Assembly (NCBI RefSeq): GCF_037042905.1
Contig: NC_087247.1
Coordinates: 1,798,001 to 1,862,000 of the forward strand
Reading direction: 5' to 3'
Source of the DNA: Lytechinus pictus
Lineage: Eukaryota
DNA length: 64,000 nucleotides
How positions within the stretch are numbered: position 1 is the first letter of the stretch; every line of letters begins with the position of its first letter. The translations under genes were made by a program, and so were the position numbers. The notes under the pieces are model-generated. The model worked only from the letters and a program-made list of their open reading frames with translations, did not search any database and had not been told where the DNA came from. Below are positions 51,725 through 64,000 of the stretch, one piece after another.

Positions 51725-52084
51725 AATGATGATAATGATAATAATAATAATAATAATAATAATGATAATAATAATAATAATAATAATAATGATAATAATA
51801 ATAATAATATTAATAATAGGCATTTGTATAGTGCCATCTATCTAGAAACAATATATTTCGAGGCGCATTATTATTATTATTACCCCGGCTTTAGCTCGAG
51901 CTGCCTTTCAGCGCTCGTGCATTCGAGGAATTAATCCTGCTGGGTACCCATTTTTCTCACCTGGGTCGAGTGCAGCACAGTGGATAAATTTCTTGCTGAA
52001 GGAAAACACGCCATGGCTAGGATTCGAACCTACGACCCTCTGTTTGAAAGGCGAGAGTCAGAACCCCTAGACCACGACGCGCCC
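51725..52084 (-). mobile_element. tRNA-derived SINE with CORE-like central region and (ATT)n tail
   Basis: Minus strand begins GGGCGCGTCGTGGTCTAGGGG (A box) ... GGTTCGAATCC (B box). It continues CCTTCAGCAAGAAATTTATCCAC...ACCCAGGTG...AATGGGTACC and ends GCACTATACAAATGCCTATT(ATT)n. The tail is the (AAT)n run at 51725-51818. Confidence 0.85.
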
Positions 52085-52910
52085 ATTCTTATTTACAATA
52101 ACAATGAAATTGCACTTTCGTGTAACAAAAATTTGTGAAAATTTGATTGAAAACGCCCCTTTATTTTTTCGATCCGTGAATTCGATAGTAAATGCTATAA
52201 CTTTTAATAAAAATAATGTGAACCATTGAACCTCCACCCGTACATGTAGAGTTCAGTGGTTGTGTGTCAAAAAGGTCTCGTGCAAAAAGTGTGAATTAGC
52301 TATATTTCTTATTATAGCGGGTTTTTTTTTACATTTATATATGAATTGATAAACACTTCTCCATGCATATTACGACAACTATTGATGCATAATAATTGTG
52401 AAACTTTAATCATATGACAACCGAACATACTTACGATTTATTTTGTATTAGGTAGTTTAAAAAATGATCAAATGCAGGAGCGTTTTATATAAAATCAGGC
52501 AAATCTCTGTGGATGAAACCACTGAATCACATTACCTGCATAAAGTTCATGAAGATATAAAGAAGATATTCTAAATTTAAATTGCTAAGTTGCCCTAATT
52601 TTTGAGGAAGCGTAAACTCTACTCAAACAAAATTCATGTATGACTTTTTAATACGGTAATGATCTGAGGTGGGAGGTGAGAGTTCTGTTACACCCGCCAT
52701 ACGTCTGGAATGCTCGCAGAAACCACAATGGTTTCCTTCCTTAAATTGATAGTGTGAAAATCAGATCAGCATGAAGTTGAAAAATAATTATCTGGTTTTA
52801 TAGAATGAACGTGACATTGTGCACATATCTCTAAAAGTAATGTCTTTCATTTCAACTCTCTTTTCCCATCATGTGCACCCCCCCCCCCTTTCTCTCTCCC
52901 TCCTCCACCC

Positions 52911-53074
52911 NNNNNNNNNNNNNNNNNNNNNNNNNNNNNNNNNNNNNNNNNNNNNNNNNNNNNNNNNNNNNNNNNNNNNNNNNNNNNNNNNNNNNNNNNN
53001 NNNNNNNNNNNNNNNNNNNNNNNNNNNNNNNNNNNNNNNNNNNNNNNNNNNNNNNNNNNNNNNNNNNNNNNNNN
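52911..53074. other. N-run (164 nt), probably masked CT-rich repeat
   Basis: Preceded by poly-C and CT-rich sequence. Confidence 0.7.
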
Positions 53075-53298
53075 ATGTTGGGCAACATACTGTCCACTCT
53101 GTTGGGTAATGTATGTTGATAAAATATGAATGTATATATATTATTATGGGCAATTATTATTCAATTGAGCAAATCTATTACCCAATTATTAGTTTTTATT
53201 ACCCAATATGGGCAGATTTTAACCAATAGTAGTGTGGACAGTATGTTGCCCAGGGTTGGTTAAAAGTTGGGCATTGTTTGCCCAACTATTCTAAGAGT
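53075..53298. mobile_element. Palindromic MITE (left end hidden by Ns), CACTA-like
   Basis: Inverted pair TGGGCAACATACTGTCCAC / GTGGACAGTATGTTGCCCA. Repeated TTGGG/CCCAA motifs. Right end TTCTAAGAGT. Confidence 0.6.
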
Positions 53299-55959
53299 AT
53301 CTATCTATCTATCTTTTCTTTGGGGGAGGGGATTCTCAGCCCCCATATTTACATAATAAACAATTTTCATGCCTATCCTATTTGTCATGCATGTTGGAAG
53401 GACAACGAAGAATTGTGTATCAACAGTTGCGGTTATTAACATTACTCGCTTTTGTTGGTGAAATTGCTCGGCGATTTTGGAATACAACACCCGTTTTGTA
53501 GAACTCAACAAAAGAAAAGTCCACCCAAATAACTGGCTGTGTAACTGCTACCGACAACCCTATAGTTGTGAACCCTATAAGGTCATGCAATTGTCACATC
53601 ACACTGAAAGTCCCTTGTGAAGAGCTAAGTGTTTCAATTACTCAAGTATGAATTACCACTTAATTCGATTTATCATCATTTAGTCATCGTTTGACGGTCA
53701 TAGGAGGGTCAAGTGACCATTGATATTGACCAATTTGGCAATGTATTTATATTTATAGGCCTGCATACTTTACAAGGCAAGTATACTCTAACGATTGTTA
53801 AATTACATTAAATAAGACAGTCTGAAACTTCCGTGAGACTTTCCTGACATAGCAATGGATAAAAATTGCAAAGTGATATCATGGGCATTGTATGGAAATG
53901 TTGGTTAATCGAATATCCAATAAATTGGCGGTCAGAGGAGAAAATATTTTTAGAAAATTATACTTTAACCAGTTTGATAATAATATATCAGTAGCACATC
54001 ATTTCAATCAATATTGAGTATTGGAGTATTTCTTTCCATAATGACAGAATGTTATTGGGACGAGTTTAAGAATTTCTCCACTTCATTCAAATATTTTTTC
54101 CACCTTATTAACCCAAGGTTAGACTGGTATTGACATGATTGTGGTAAACTATAATACCACACCTCAAAGTCAAATGACAGCAATCTAAAAACATGACATT
54201 TCCTTCTAATACTAGGCTTAAAATTGTTGATCTATATATCTTTCGTGGTTTCACTGCCTATTTCCTGCCACTTTTACCAATCTTTTGCGATGAGCTAGCC
54301 CTTGATTGTCGACGTTGACACAAAGTCAGGCTTGGATCAGGACAAACCATTTATTCAGATTTAGGAAAATTCATACAGCCGATCATCAGGCCTCCATATT
54401 CAAATGCACAAAGGAAGGTCCACTTAGCGGGTCCGTTAGGGTCCGATAAATATAGCTCGTCTGCTTGGTCTAAAGTTGGTCGGCAATGAATCACCCGATT
54501 ATACCCATCAAAGGGTTACCATATTCCATTTTTATCAATAGATCGGTGTTAAAAATTTGCCGGGGAAATTAAATACAAGACCGCACCTTTGTAAAGAAAT
54601 GCGGTTGAGTGCATGATATACCGAAATTATGCATGAATTATCCAATATGTAATAAATCACCCCCTCCCTTCAAAAGTGACACAACTTGAATCGCACTGAA
54701 ATATTTTTTTAATGGGTTTGACAAAATCGTATTGTGTGACACTATGGTGCATCATCAAAAGTATTAGGATACAAGAACCTCTAGTAGCGTCTTTGGCATT
54801 CGTTCTTGATATTCAGTATATTTTTTTTCTTTTTAACAATTAAAAACCTATTTAATGATTTCTCTCTTATGAATATTAAGTTGTAAGTACCTGGAGATTA
54901 CAATCAATATTGTTTATTTTGCATAGGCCTATTGTAAAGCACTTGGGGCATATCACAACGGAAAGGCGCTATAATGACAAAATATACGTAATAACTATGT
55001 GCGTAATTGTATGATATTGTGAAATCGACATGACAGCACGCGGGAAATCCCAGAAAAAAATAAAAGAAACATGACTAATATCATGATTCATCAACTAATT
55101 TTTATCCAAATCAATATTAAAATCTCTAGTGGACATTAAAAAGAACTTTTACCTGTCTAATCCCAGATTATCCATTGAATGCGTTGCATCAAACAAAAGC
55201 ATGAAAGCACAAATTGATGATTACAGTCTTATCAGTCTTTTTATCTTTTGTTCGAGTTCATGGTCGATTCAAATGAATTTCCACTTAAATAAACGCCGCA
55301 ATTGGATTGGCCTGGACGAGGAAAAAGAAAGGAAAGTTCTACCCACCTGTATTGTGTCTGTAGTGTGGTTTCCTTAACACTTGTTTGTTTGCATGATGAT
55401 AATTCAGCTCATGATATACATGATTCAAATAACAGGCTTCCTATAGTCCCGAGTCCGTGACTCAAAAAACAACCTCCAAAAATTATTCAAAAAAGTTGAC
55501 ATCCTGGTTTTTCGTCCAAATGTCAGAGGTCGATTAAGTGTTACCTGTACCAAGCGTTTACTGGGATTCGTTAAACAGAAAAGAAACCTGTGCAATATTA
55601 TACTAGGCCTACATTTATGATAAAGGTAGTGATAATTATATCTTCGTTCGATTTGCGTTTCGGTGTCATTATTTGCAAAGTCATTAAACTTTCATTCTTG
55701 TACAGAATTTTGGGTAACGATTTAGCTCTATTTAATGAGATTCTGCAGAACAGAACATTCTCTATTTTCCCCTCTTTTAAAGGAATGAAAATTCTTTCTC
55801 ATTTTCATATCAATTTGACAAGAATCGTTGGACAATCTAGCCAGTTATGAATAAATCTTCTATTTAAGTGCCCCAATCATCTTTGCAATAAGAGTGTAGC
55901 AGAGACAAAGTTGTAATTCATATTTTTTATGCCTTTTATCGATTTTTATTTCATTTTAG

Positions 55960-56039
55960 GGAGGAGATTTCGGGACGTAATGAGGTGGTTTTAGATTGCT
56001 GTCCTGGATGGAGGCAAATAGGGAATGAATGCCCTGAAC
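55960..56039 (+). CDS. Coding exon 2 of the EGF-repeat gene (CCxGW motif, end of EMI-like region)
   Basis: Polypyrimidine acceptor TTTATTTCATTTTAG|G and donor C|GTAAGT. 80 nt, phase 2 to phase 1. Encodes EEISGRNEVVLDCCPGWRQIGNECPE, in frame with both neighbouring exons. Confidence 0.85.
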
Positions 56040-56044
56040 GTAAG

Positions 56045-56290
56045 TCCGTTTTATTCATTTATTTCATTTATATATCTTCATTTCTTTTTCACCCATTAAT
56101 TCATTTTATACATTCATTCGTTTATTCATTCTTTGATTAATTTATTTATTCGCTCGTTCATTCATTGATAAATATAATTGTTCGTTCATTCATTCATTTT
56201 CATTAATTCGTCCATTTTTCTTTTCTTCATTCATTCATTCATTCACTTGTTCGTTTGTTTATTCATTTCTTCATTCATTCCTTTTCATTG
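56045..56290. repeat. Degenerate (CATT)n microsatellite
   Basis: Many TTCA/CATT repeats directly downstream of the exon 2 donor. Confidence 0.8.
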
Positions 56291-58167
56291 CATTGCAATA
56301 ATTTAAATCATTGCTTTAATAACATTAATTTACATGAAACATAAAAGTCGAGACCACATTGTCCCTTTTTTCACTTTTGTGGTGACTTTGAACACAAAAA
56401 ACAAATCATGACCTTTCATTTAATTTTTTTTCTTGCATTTTTCCTAAAAACTCGCAATTTCACTATAATGTTTTTCTTTCGGATAAATCCAAGGAAAATC
56501 CAGGGACAATGATGAATGAGCCACTACTATTTGTTAATTCGAAATTCATGAAAAAGTACATCCTTTAGTTCTTTGGTACATTTTGAGACGAATTTCATCC
56601 TTAAACATTCTGACCCTCGCTCGACTCCCTCGAGTACTCTAACAAACATTTGGGATCAGTTAGTCATCCAATCTATTTCTGATGGTTTAATGAGAAACAA
56701 TTAACGGTGAAATCACTTTCCTGATATAAGAAAAAGTCAATCGAGTATTAATAGTGATTAATGACACCAATTACAGATGGTTCTTCTGGCACCCTTCTGT
56801 AATATGGACACGCTTAGAAGTAAATGGAAATACAGATGCCACGCAGAAGGTAACTTGGGATTTGCTATCCGTGGAATTCTACTGTCTTTCTTTACGAAGT
56901 AATTAGAAGCTATGCTTTGGAAATTAAGATTATTAAATGGCTGGACAGTGCCCATCAAAAACATTGCATTTTTTACAGGAAAATTTATTTATTCTAATAA
57001 TTGTTCATTACCTCCATGGTCAGATTAGGTTTTAGGATGAATATGGCTTATTATATTGTCAAAACTACTTGAGATATATTATATCATTTAGTCAAACCAG
57101 GGAAATGGGAGTTAGACTAATAATTCCCTGGTCAAACCTACTGATGGGCGTCAGTATGGAAATACATGACTTTCGAATGACGTGATCATGACCAGTCAGA
57201 CATTGGCATTATTTAAAGTTTGAAACCTCATTCAAGTCATGTCAGAGTGCTATCACATCAATGAACAAGTTACCTTCTACCCTAATCTACATTCTTGAAA
57301 TAGCAGGTTTCGTTAGTACACATCAGAGCGGCACCTTCCTTTTCGGCTCCCGCCTTTATCGGAAGAAAACTTTCGGGATCTTCTCTGTACACTGTCTTGA
57401 AGATATCGTATTCATTGCTATCAATCTAGCAAAATATTTGTTAATAATTCGAAATGCATTTCATGTAAAATGGGTTAGAATATGGCAAACAAACACACTA
57501 CATATGCACTATGAGCTATGAAATCTATGACAAGAAGAGGGCAATTATTTTACCGATTCAAAATGGATAGACATGTATGTCTTGATCTTGATGAACATGA
57601 TGAAAGGAAAGCAAAGGGCCTATGTAATATTTACTGTACATTATATTAATTTGTATTATGCGTCAATTAAGGGTAAATTTGTTTACGTTAATAGCCCTCT
57701 AACCAAGACGTAATAATCGACACATCATGATTATTGGTCTTGAATGTTGTGGTCCGATAAATACATTGATTTCAGTTTATCTATTTGAAGTCCGATTTTT
57801 AGAGAATTTAGTTTCATTCTCGTCGAGAAGTGTTGTCAAGTTGTTGGCCATCAATGGGGCGGTAGGCATGTTTCAACGGTGCTTCGCTCTGTGACATTGC
57901 CCGATCGCCCTTCTAAACATGCTAAAACAAAATCATGATAAGGAACATTTGGCTAATGGGCCGGAGTATTCCCCTATCCTCTCATCCTAGCCGACTGTTC
58001 AGATAAGATTAGAACAAGCTTCCACTGAGGACATGGCGGATGGAGAGAATGTGACCATGATGTGCTATGATGACCTTACGTCTTAATGAGGATGGCGCGA
58101 GATTCCCGAGATAAGAGCGCACTTCCGAGATCACGTGGTCAGCCGGACTAACGTATTGGTGACCGCA

Positions 58168-58417
58168 ATAAACGGCGCCATATAACAGGCCGGTTTACAT
58201 GGCTTTACTAGTGATTTAAAACCAAGGTTTTTCTTGTCGATCGCAGCCTCATTATGGCGCTGGCAAATTCAAACATACAATATCTTTCGCATCCTACTGG
58301 GTATTCATTTAGCACCCGGGTCGAGAGTGGCAAAGGACGCTAGACCACGGTGGGATTCGAACCCACGACCCTCTGTTTACAAGGCGAGAGTCAGAACCAC
58401 TACACCACGGCTCTTCC
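58168..58417 (-). mobile_element. Second tRNA-derived SINE copy, internally deleted
   Basis: GGATTCGAACCCACGACCCTCTGTTTACAAGGCGAGAGTCAGAACCACTACACCACG closely matches 52020-52076. ATCCTACTGGGTATTCATTT...ACCCGGGTCGAG matches 51935-51970. The 3' boundary is approximate. Confidence 0.75.
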
Positions 58418-59009
58418 ACGATAAATACTGTTTCAGATTAAAAACAAACGACTCAAAATACTTGTACATATTCCACAATTTCCAAACCATGGCTTATATT
58501 AAACGTTTAATTTGGTAATTCATAAATAAAATGTTGGAAGTTTTTCCTTTTGCTTTTAATAGTAAAATTTTCCGCCTATTTTTGTTTTCATTTTTATCTG
58601 AAGGTTACTACCTTCTATATCAATCACGTTGGTCAAAATATTTGGCAGGAAGACTGCTATCTCTTTACGTCAATCGTCATTTTCTTTGTCATGGAAATAA
58701 CATTTCCCGTCGAATTGTGTTTCAGATTTGGACTCTCAATACCATCTGATATCGTTTCGTGGTTTGCAATCGATGGTCATTAAGCGTTTTATGTTATATT
58801 TTTGGTGCAGTTGCTCGATATGTTGACAAACAACTGCGAAATTTTGTCTTTCTCATGTTTCATAAAAATCATGACCCTGATTCATGATGTCAGAAATAAA
58901 TATAGCATTTCCGAATGATATACCATGTTGTCATAATACTTGTCCCTATAATACCCAGAAATCGATTCCAAAATGGCGTCAACAAGAGGAGATGTCACTT
59001 TTGAAAGAA

Positions 59010-59180
59010 GTTTTTGTCGTTTTTGTCCGACACCAGATAGGTGTTTATATAACACCAATTAGTTTTAAAACAGCATCGGTTAGATTCCAAACTGGTGTTG
59101 TTTCAATACTTCTCTGGTGTGGACATACATGTATATAGATTCCGGGCTGGTGGTAAATCAACACCGGCGTTTTTGCAGTG
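59010..59180. mobile_element. Fragment of a CACTGCAAAAA-ended MITE
   Basis: Right end ACACCGGCGTTTTTGCAGTG with repeated ACACCA/TGGTGT motifs. AAACTGGTGTTG is shared with ~49749. Left terminus not found. Confidence 0.35.
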
Positions 59181-62100
59181 CAGTCTGAGTAGAGTTCTTC
59201 ACGTTATCTATTTACCAAGTGTGTTTGGGGATTTAGCAATGGCAAAATGGGGACTGTTTCACAAAATAGTTAAGAGGCTGCGCCTGTTTTCAAATAATAA
59301 TTATAAACTTGTTACACTCGGTTCAGTTTAAAGAGGTTTTCGACGAGTTGATCTGAGGACGTTTTCGTGAAACCACCACCTGATACCATCAACAAATATG
59401 ATGAGAGGGAAACTAATTAATAGGTATTTCCACTGTATGTGATAGGGTTCACTATCTCAGAAATAAATTGCTTCTGGTTTAAAACATAGTGTTTGGTTTC
59501 TGTTAGCAAATCACCATACATGTCAACCATTCCCCCAATCGTTGTTAATCTCTTCGTCTTCCCGACAAGTGGAACATGAGGTGGCGCCCAATGGCGAAGG
59601 GGTGCTTCTGTCTTACCCCTTCTTAATTGAGCTCTAATCTACTCCCTAACCTCTTGACGGTATTGCATTTGTGGGCTGTCAAAATTTTACAGACAAACAT
59701 CCGGGATATATCCAATGTGCAACCGTTTCTCAATTACACTTGGAAAACGATGTCCGAATTCTAGGGGTCTTTGCTTAGACTACAGGGAGCTGTGAACAAG
59801 ACGATATGTTTGCATGATTGGTATTTCTGAGAGTGGAAACTACAAACTACTTGAAAGAACTAATTAAAAAATTCTTATTCGTCGCGTAGAATCAGAATTA
59901 ATTGGACATGGTTAATGTATTATAAAAAAACGAATACATGTAATTTTATACGAGTTTGTGCCTTGCTCTGTCTGTCAATCAGTTGCAGAACTGCCTTAAA
60001 TGTGGAACGCGGTATAGAGACGTCAGTTCTCACCAATGGGCTACGACATCTTTTTTCTGAGAAAAATGTGTCACCTATTTATCGCCCCCCCCCCCCGTTA
60101 AAGTCATTTTTCTCCATTATGCTACCGCAAGTGAATTAAAGATGACAAAGAAAATGTTTTGAAGTGGGACAATCCGACATGACTGTATGCGTATTTAGGT
60201 ATTATTACCACTTCGAACTGATGAATACATAGGCAAATTTTCATTCGGAGAAGTACATTTCCCTGAATCATTCTCCATCCCAATCCCTTTCCAAATTGAA
60301 AACTTCAGTTGGAAATGGTCCCAATATAAAACTGTTGCTTTCCATTTCTCCATAATTCCTTCGCACGGACCCCCGCCCTCTATTTCCGCGCTCCGACGTA
60401 TAGTTTCCGCGTTGAGTGGCGCCCCTAATCATTCCCGATTGAGGAGTGTTTAATAACTTAATCCTTGGTGCTTCTTCGCTTCGGGATGTGTTCCATTTAA
60501 GATTGGTCCGGTATAGATGGAAGCTTCGACGTACAACGTCAGTTCTGTTTTCCTTCTATAGACTGGAAGCCAATATGAATGAAGGAAACATTAAGACTTC
60601 CTGGTGAGGAAGCATTGGATATCCCATCTTAACATGGGTGTACTTAAGGGCAATATCTTGTCAATGGATACACTATTCTGAGATTCTCGTATTTCGTCTT
60701 GAATGAAAAGGCAAAAGGCAGAGGTCTTCATCGGGTTTGCTCACTGCTGCCTTTTACCAACGTTTACAAGCGATTTAGCGAAAAAATATCCTTTTGTTTT
60801 TGAGTGTCAGGGGCTGCATGCATGTTGAGATGGTATGAGGGGCGTCGTCCCCTCACTCAAACTATATAATAATACAGATAATAATCTGTAGAAAAGATCG
60901 CACCCCCCCCCCCCAAAAAAAAAAGTATTTTGTCCAGTCCCCGTTTCCTCCAAAGTAATGTTTTCATTGTTTATCACACAGTACGTCCATTTTTTGTGGG
61001 GGGGGGGGGCTACAAGTCAATCGTTTGATCAGGTGAGCGTTTAATTTTTGTTACAGGCTCCTGGATAAGAACATGCATTGACATGCTTAAGATGACTTGA
61101 TTAACCTCATGCAACTGTTGTCACAATAATGGTCAAGCGTGTACTCTTCGAAGGTCTCAAATAATGGATTCTTCTTTTTCTATCAGAGTTGTGGAGGTCG
61201 AAAACACGAATAAAAATTCTGACTCAGGTCCTCGCAGACAATCAGGTGAAGGAGGATGGATTAAACAGTTAAAACCGAAGCAAGTGTACCACAATTTGTC
61301 ATGCCATATCTAGGATATAAAGATGGACATTGCGTTATCCCTAGAAACCGTTTGTACCCAAGATAAAATAGATAAGCCCCTGTCAGTATTAATAAGTGTG
61401 TCATCGAATATAATGAACTTGACAAAAATTGTTAAGACATGATGTGTTAAGCGCAGACAAGGGGGTTACATTAAGGTCATTCGGTGCTTCTTTTAACATG
61501 TTTAACCAAGATGGATAATGCTTTGGGTGAATGCAATTAGAGAATGAATCTAAAACAAATTCTGGTGATTTTATTTTGGGTGACGAAAATCATGAAAGTT
61601 GGATAGGAGACCTTGGACTGATAATTTTGAATAAATATGATTCCATCTTAATCCGAGCGTTCGAAAATAATCTACATCATATGACGCTTGTTATGGATAA
61701 TCTCGTTTCTATGTTTATTAAGCCGAAAAATGTAAGGAATACAAACTCCCTAAATATAAAAAAAATATGACTTATTTCGCATCACTTTGATAATATATTA
61801 ATATATTGGTTTTTGCCGTAACCTCTGACGTTTCAACGATCGTTACTTTCATTTATTTTTTTTGCCATTGAAAGAAACTTATCCGCACTGCTAACAGTTC
61901 CCAAATCTAATCTAGCTTTAATTCACTTAAATTCTGCATGTAGACTTCACCCTATCTACCGACTGAATTCCAACTAAACTTAAATCCGATCATTCTTCTC
62001 CCTTTTAATATTCCTCTCTCCCTCTCTCAGTCAACGGCATATAATGTACTAATGAACTTGTTTACGCTCCCGATGGGCGTGGCTAAATTAGCGTTGCCAA

Positions 62101-62695
62101 TTGATGCTTTCCGACTGCACAGAAAGCTTAGTGATCATCGGGTCACCTTGCACTTTCACGGAGTCATTGGGAGCTAGACTTGTAATTAGTCCACCGACAG
62201 GTTGACACAGATGGCTTGAAGATAAATATGGAAGAAATAAAAACGTCTGGATGAGATTCTTTTCGAAGAGTTAAAATCATTTGTCATGCATTTTGTAGCG
62301 ACACACGAAATGATTATGATGAACATGGAGAAGGATGTGTTCAGAAATTAGATTTCCTTATAGTAAAACTCTTTGTATCTTTTTTATTTAAAATGGACTC
62401 TGTTTTTTTTTTTTTTTTTTTTTTTTTTTCCCTTTACTATTATTCATAGTACAACAAGTTAACCGACCATTCAATATTTTGGTATATGATATGCTCTTTA
62501 ACGCATTGGCGCTGCAATTATTTTCAAAACACTTTTCCAAGTTCCCATCTTCTCCTGGGTTAAGAATTTTTACAGATTTAAGCTATGATTCGAACCCAGG
62601 AGCCCCTAACCTATAGGGTGAACTACATAAGTTATATCATGACGTTTCCCATACTCTTATGAAATTCACTTTGTTTCTTTCTTTTTTTCAAACAG

Positions 62696-62954
62696 CCTGC
62701 AGGTCGGGTACATGGGGCCGTAGCTGTGCCAATCCCTGTGACTGTCCCCCAACTACAATCTGCAGCAGTGTCAACGGCACTTGCACCTGCCCACCTGGCT
62801 TACAGGGTAATCAGTGTGAACAGGTCTGCGACCCAGGTCGGTTCGGACCCGGATGTACAAGTGTTTGCGGATGTTTGAATGGAGCAGCCTGTGACGCGGT
62901 GACGGGGACGTGTGATTGCCAACCGGGATGGGTTGGCGAAAACTGTGATATCAG
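62696..62954 (+). CDS. Coding exon 3 of the EGF-repeat gene: two MEGF/laminin-type EGF-like repeats (gene continues past the window)
   Basis: Acceptor TTTCTTTCTTTTTTTCAAACAG| and donor AG|GTAAAT. Encodes (P)CRSGTWGRSCANPCDCPPTTICSSVNGTCTCPPGLQGNQCEQVCDPGRFGPGCTSVCGCLNGAACDAVTGTCDCQPGWVGENCDI, the CxxGx(W/F)GxxC...CxC...CxxxxGxCxCxPGxxGxxC pattern of MEGF10/11/6, PEAR1 and CED-1. The phase 1 start matches exon 2. Confidence 0.93.
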
Positions 62955-63081
62955 GTAAATACGAATAACCATAATTAGGCAAGGAATTAGAACATCCAGA
63001 GGAAAATGAACGCAATCATTTTGAATGGATGATAGAACATGTTTTTATTTTTCATTCCAGGTTCCTTCAACATTGTCCGTG

Positions 63082-63354
63082 AGGGCCCTGGGAACGATTT
63101 TTTGACTGGGGGTGCTGATGTAAATTTGACAAGCAAAAAAAAAAAAATAATAATAAATAGATACAAAATAAAAAAGTTTTTCATTACAGAATAAATGTTA
63201 TTTTGGTCCAGAGAAATTTGACAAGCCAAAAAACTACAAAATACAGGTCGTTTTGCTAACATTTCTCCATTTTTAACAACTGCACGCAACACCCCCAAGG
63301 AAAATCTCGGGGGTGCTTAAGCAGCCCCAGCACCCCTCCTTCCAAGAGATGATG
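63082..63354. mobile_element. Decayed hAT-like MITE
   Basis: Left AGGGCCCTGGGAAC...GGGGGTGCTG and right GGGGGTGCT...CAGCACCCC inverted motifs around an A-rich core. Termini are degenerate. Confidence 0.4.
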
Positions 63355-64000
63355 TTGTCCGTGAAATCTGAGTATGAGTATTTTTTTTAAAGAATATCTT
63401 CCTTTGTATTTTCAAACCTTCCTTCCTTTTCAATACCCAACTGAATCAATGAAGATATTATTCCTTGTACTTTAGCCATAAGTAATCGATTAATGTTGTA
63501 TTATGTAATCAAGTAATTATTCAAGTGTAATATTAAATAATTTCCACTGTTCTAATTAATAATGTATACTTTTATTTCTGTAAGGCGCATTGATTGTCCT
63601 TACACTTCTCAATTGCGCAATAAAATACTTTATTATTATTATTATTATTGTTATCATTATTATTATATTGAATATCCAAGGATTCTGAAAAATGTGAGTG
63701 TTACTTTTCTTTCTTAAAAAAAACCATTGCCATTTAAACAAGGGGAAATAACATACATTTCACTCTCTAAGATCGAGACAATCTTCCTCAACTTAAGACG
63801 ATATTTGCAGCTTTCTTCCGTCATGTTTAGCCAGTGTAAGAAATAAGAGACAGTTGGGCCTCAACCAAATCTGTATCGGGATCAGTGTATTCGGAAGTGT
63901 TTTTGTCAGTGATGATTTGCAAAATCCACATTAATTTGATGCACATCGCATATTATAATTAAGTAGTGCAATGATATCTGTGAAATCGTTTTAAATATTA

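Noticed and set aside
51583-51845. Poly-Leu and poly-Ile ORFs resembling signal peptides
   Set aside because: They are translations of the (AAT)n SINE tail.
52012-52084. Functional tRNA gene (also 58345-58417)
   Set aside because: A and B boxes are present, but the sequence continues into SINE body and tail with no oligo-T terminator. Treated as SINE heads.
62659-62695. MKFTLFLSFFQT as an N-terminal signal peptide of a single-exon 99-aa protein
   Set aside because: It is the polypyrimidine tract and acceptor of exon 3, and the ORF stop lies within the downstream donor site.
63780-63800. TCCTCAACTTAAGA resembling a stray satellite monomer
   Set aside because: A single short partial match, expected by chance in AT-rich DNA.

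Overview
Eukaryotic, AT-rich animal genomic DNA; the repeat repertoire suggests a marine invertebrate such as a sea urchin, which is an inference only. Bases 1-~23,430 are the end of a large satellite array of 22/23-bp monomers with nested, near-identical higher-order duplications (offsets of about 273, 445, 2016, 3851, 4337 and 6482 bp). The array also has palindromic monomer blocks and a recurrent 39-bp inverted cassette. About 3.6 kb past the array edge a + strand gene begins for a secreted or cell-surface multiple-EGF-like-domain protein (MEGF10/11, CED-1/Draper/Nimrod-like). Three coding exons (27035-27147, 55960-56039, 62696-62954) splice in frame, and the gene continues beyond the window. 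Its putative 5' leader is tiled by six upstream ORFs, mostly joined by stop-start junctions. The 28.8-kb first intron holds an intact antisense Tx1/L1-clade non-LTR retrotransposon inserted in a (GAAA)n-rich tract. Its ORF1 has a zinc knuckle and its ORF2 is APE-RT-zinc finger; the two are in frame and separated by one TAA. The rest of the window holds many MITEs (Harbinger-, Kolobok-, hAT- and CACTA-like), two tRNA-derived SINEs, a probable decayed L1 remnant, microsatellites and four N-runs that look like masked low-complexity DNA. Most short ORFs in the supplied track are spurious.
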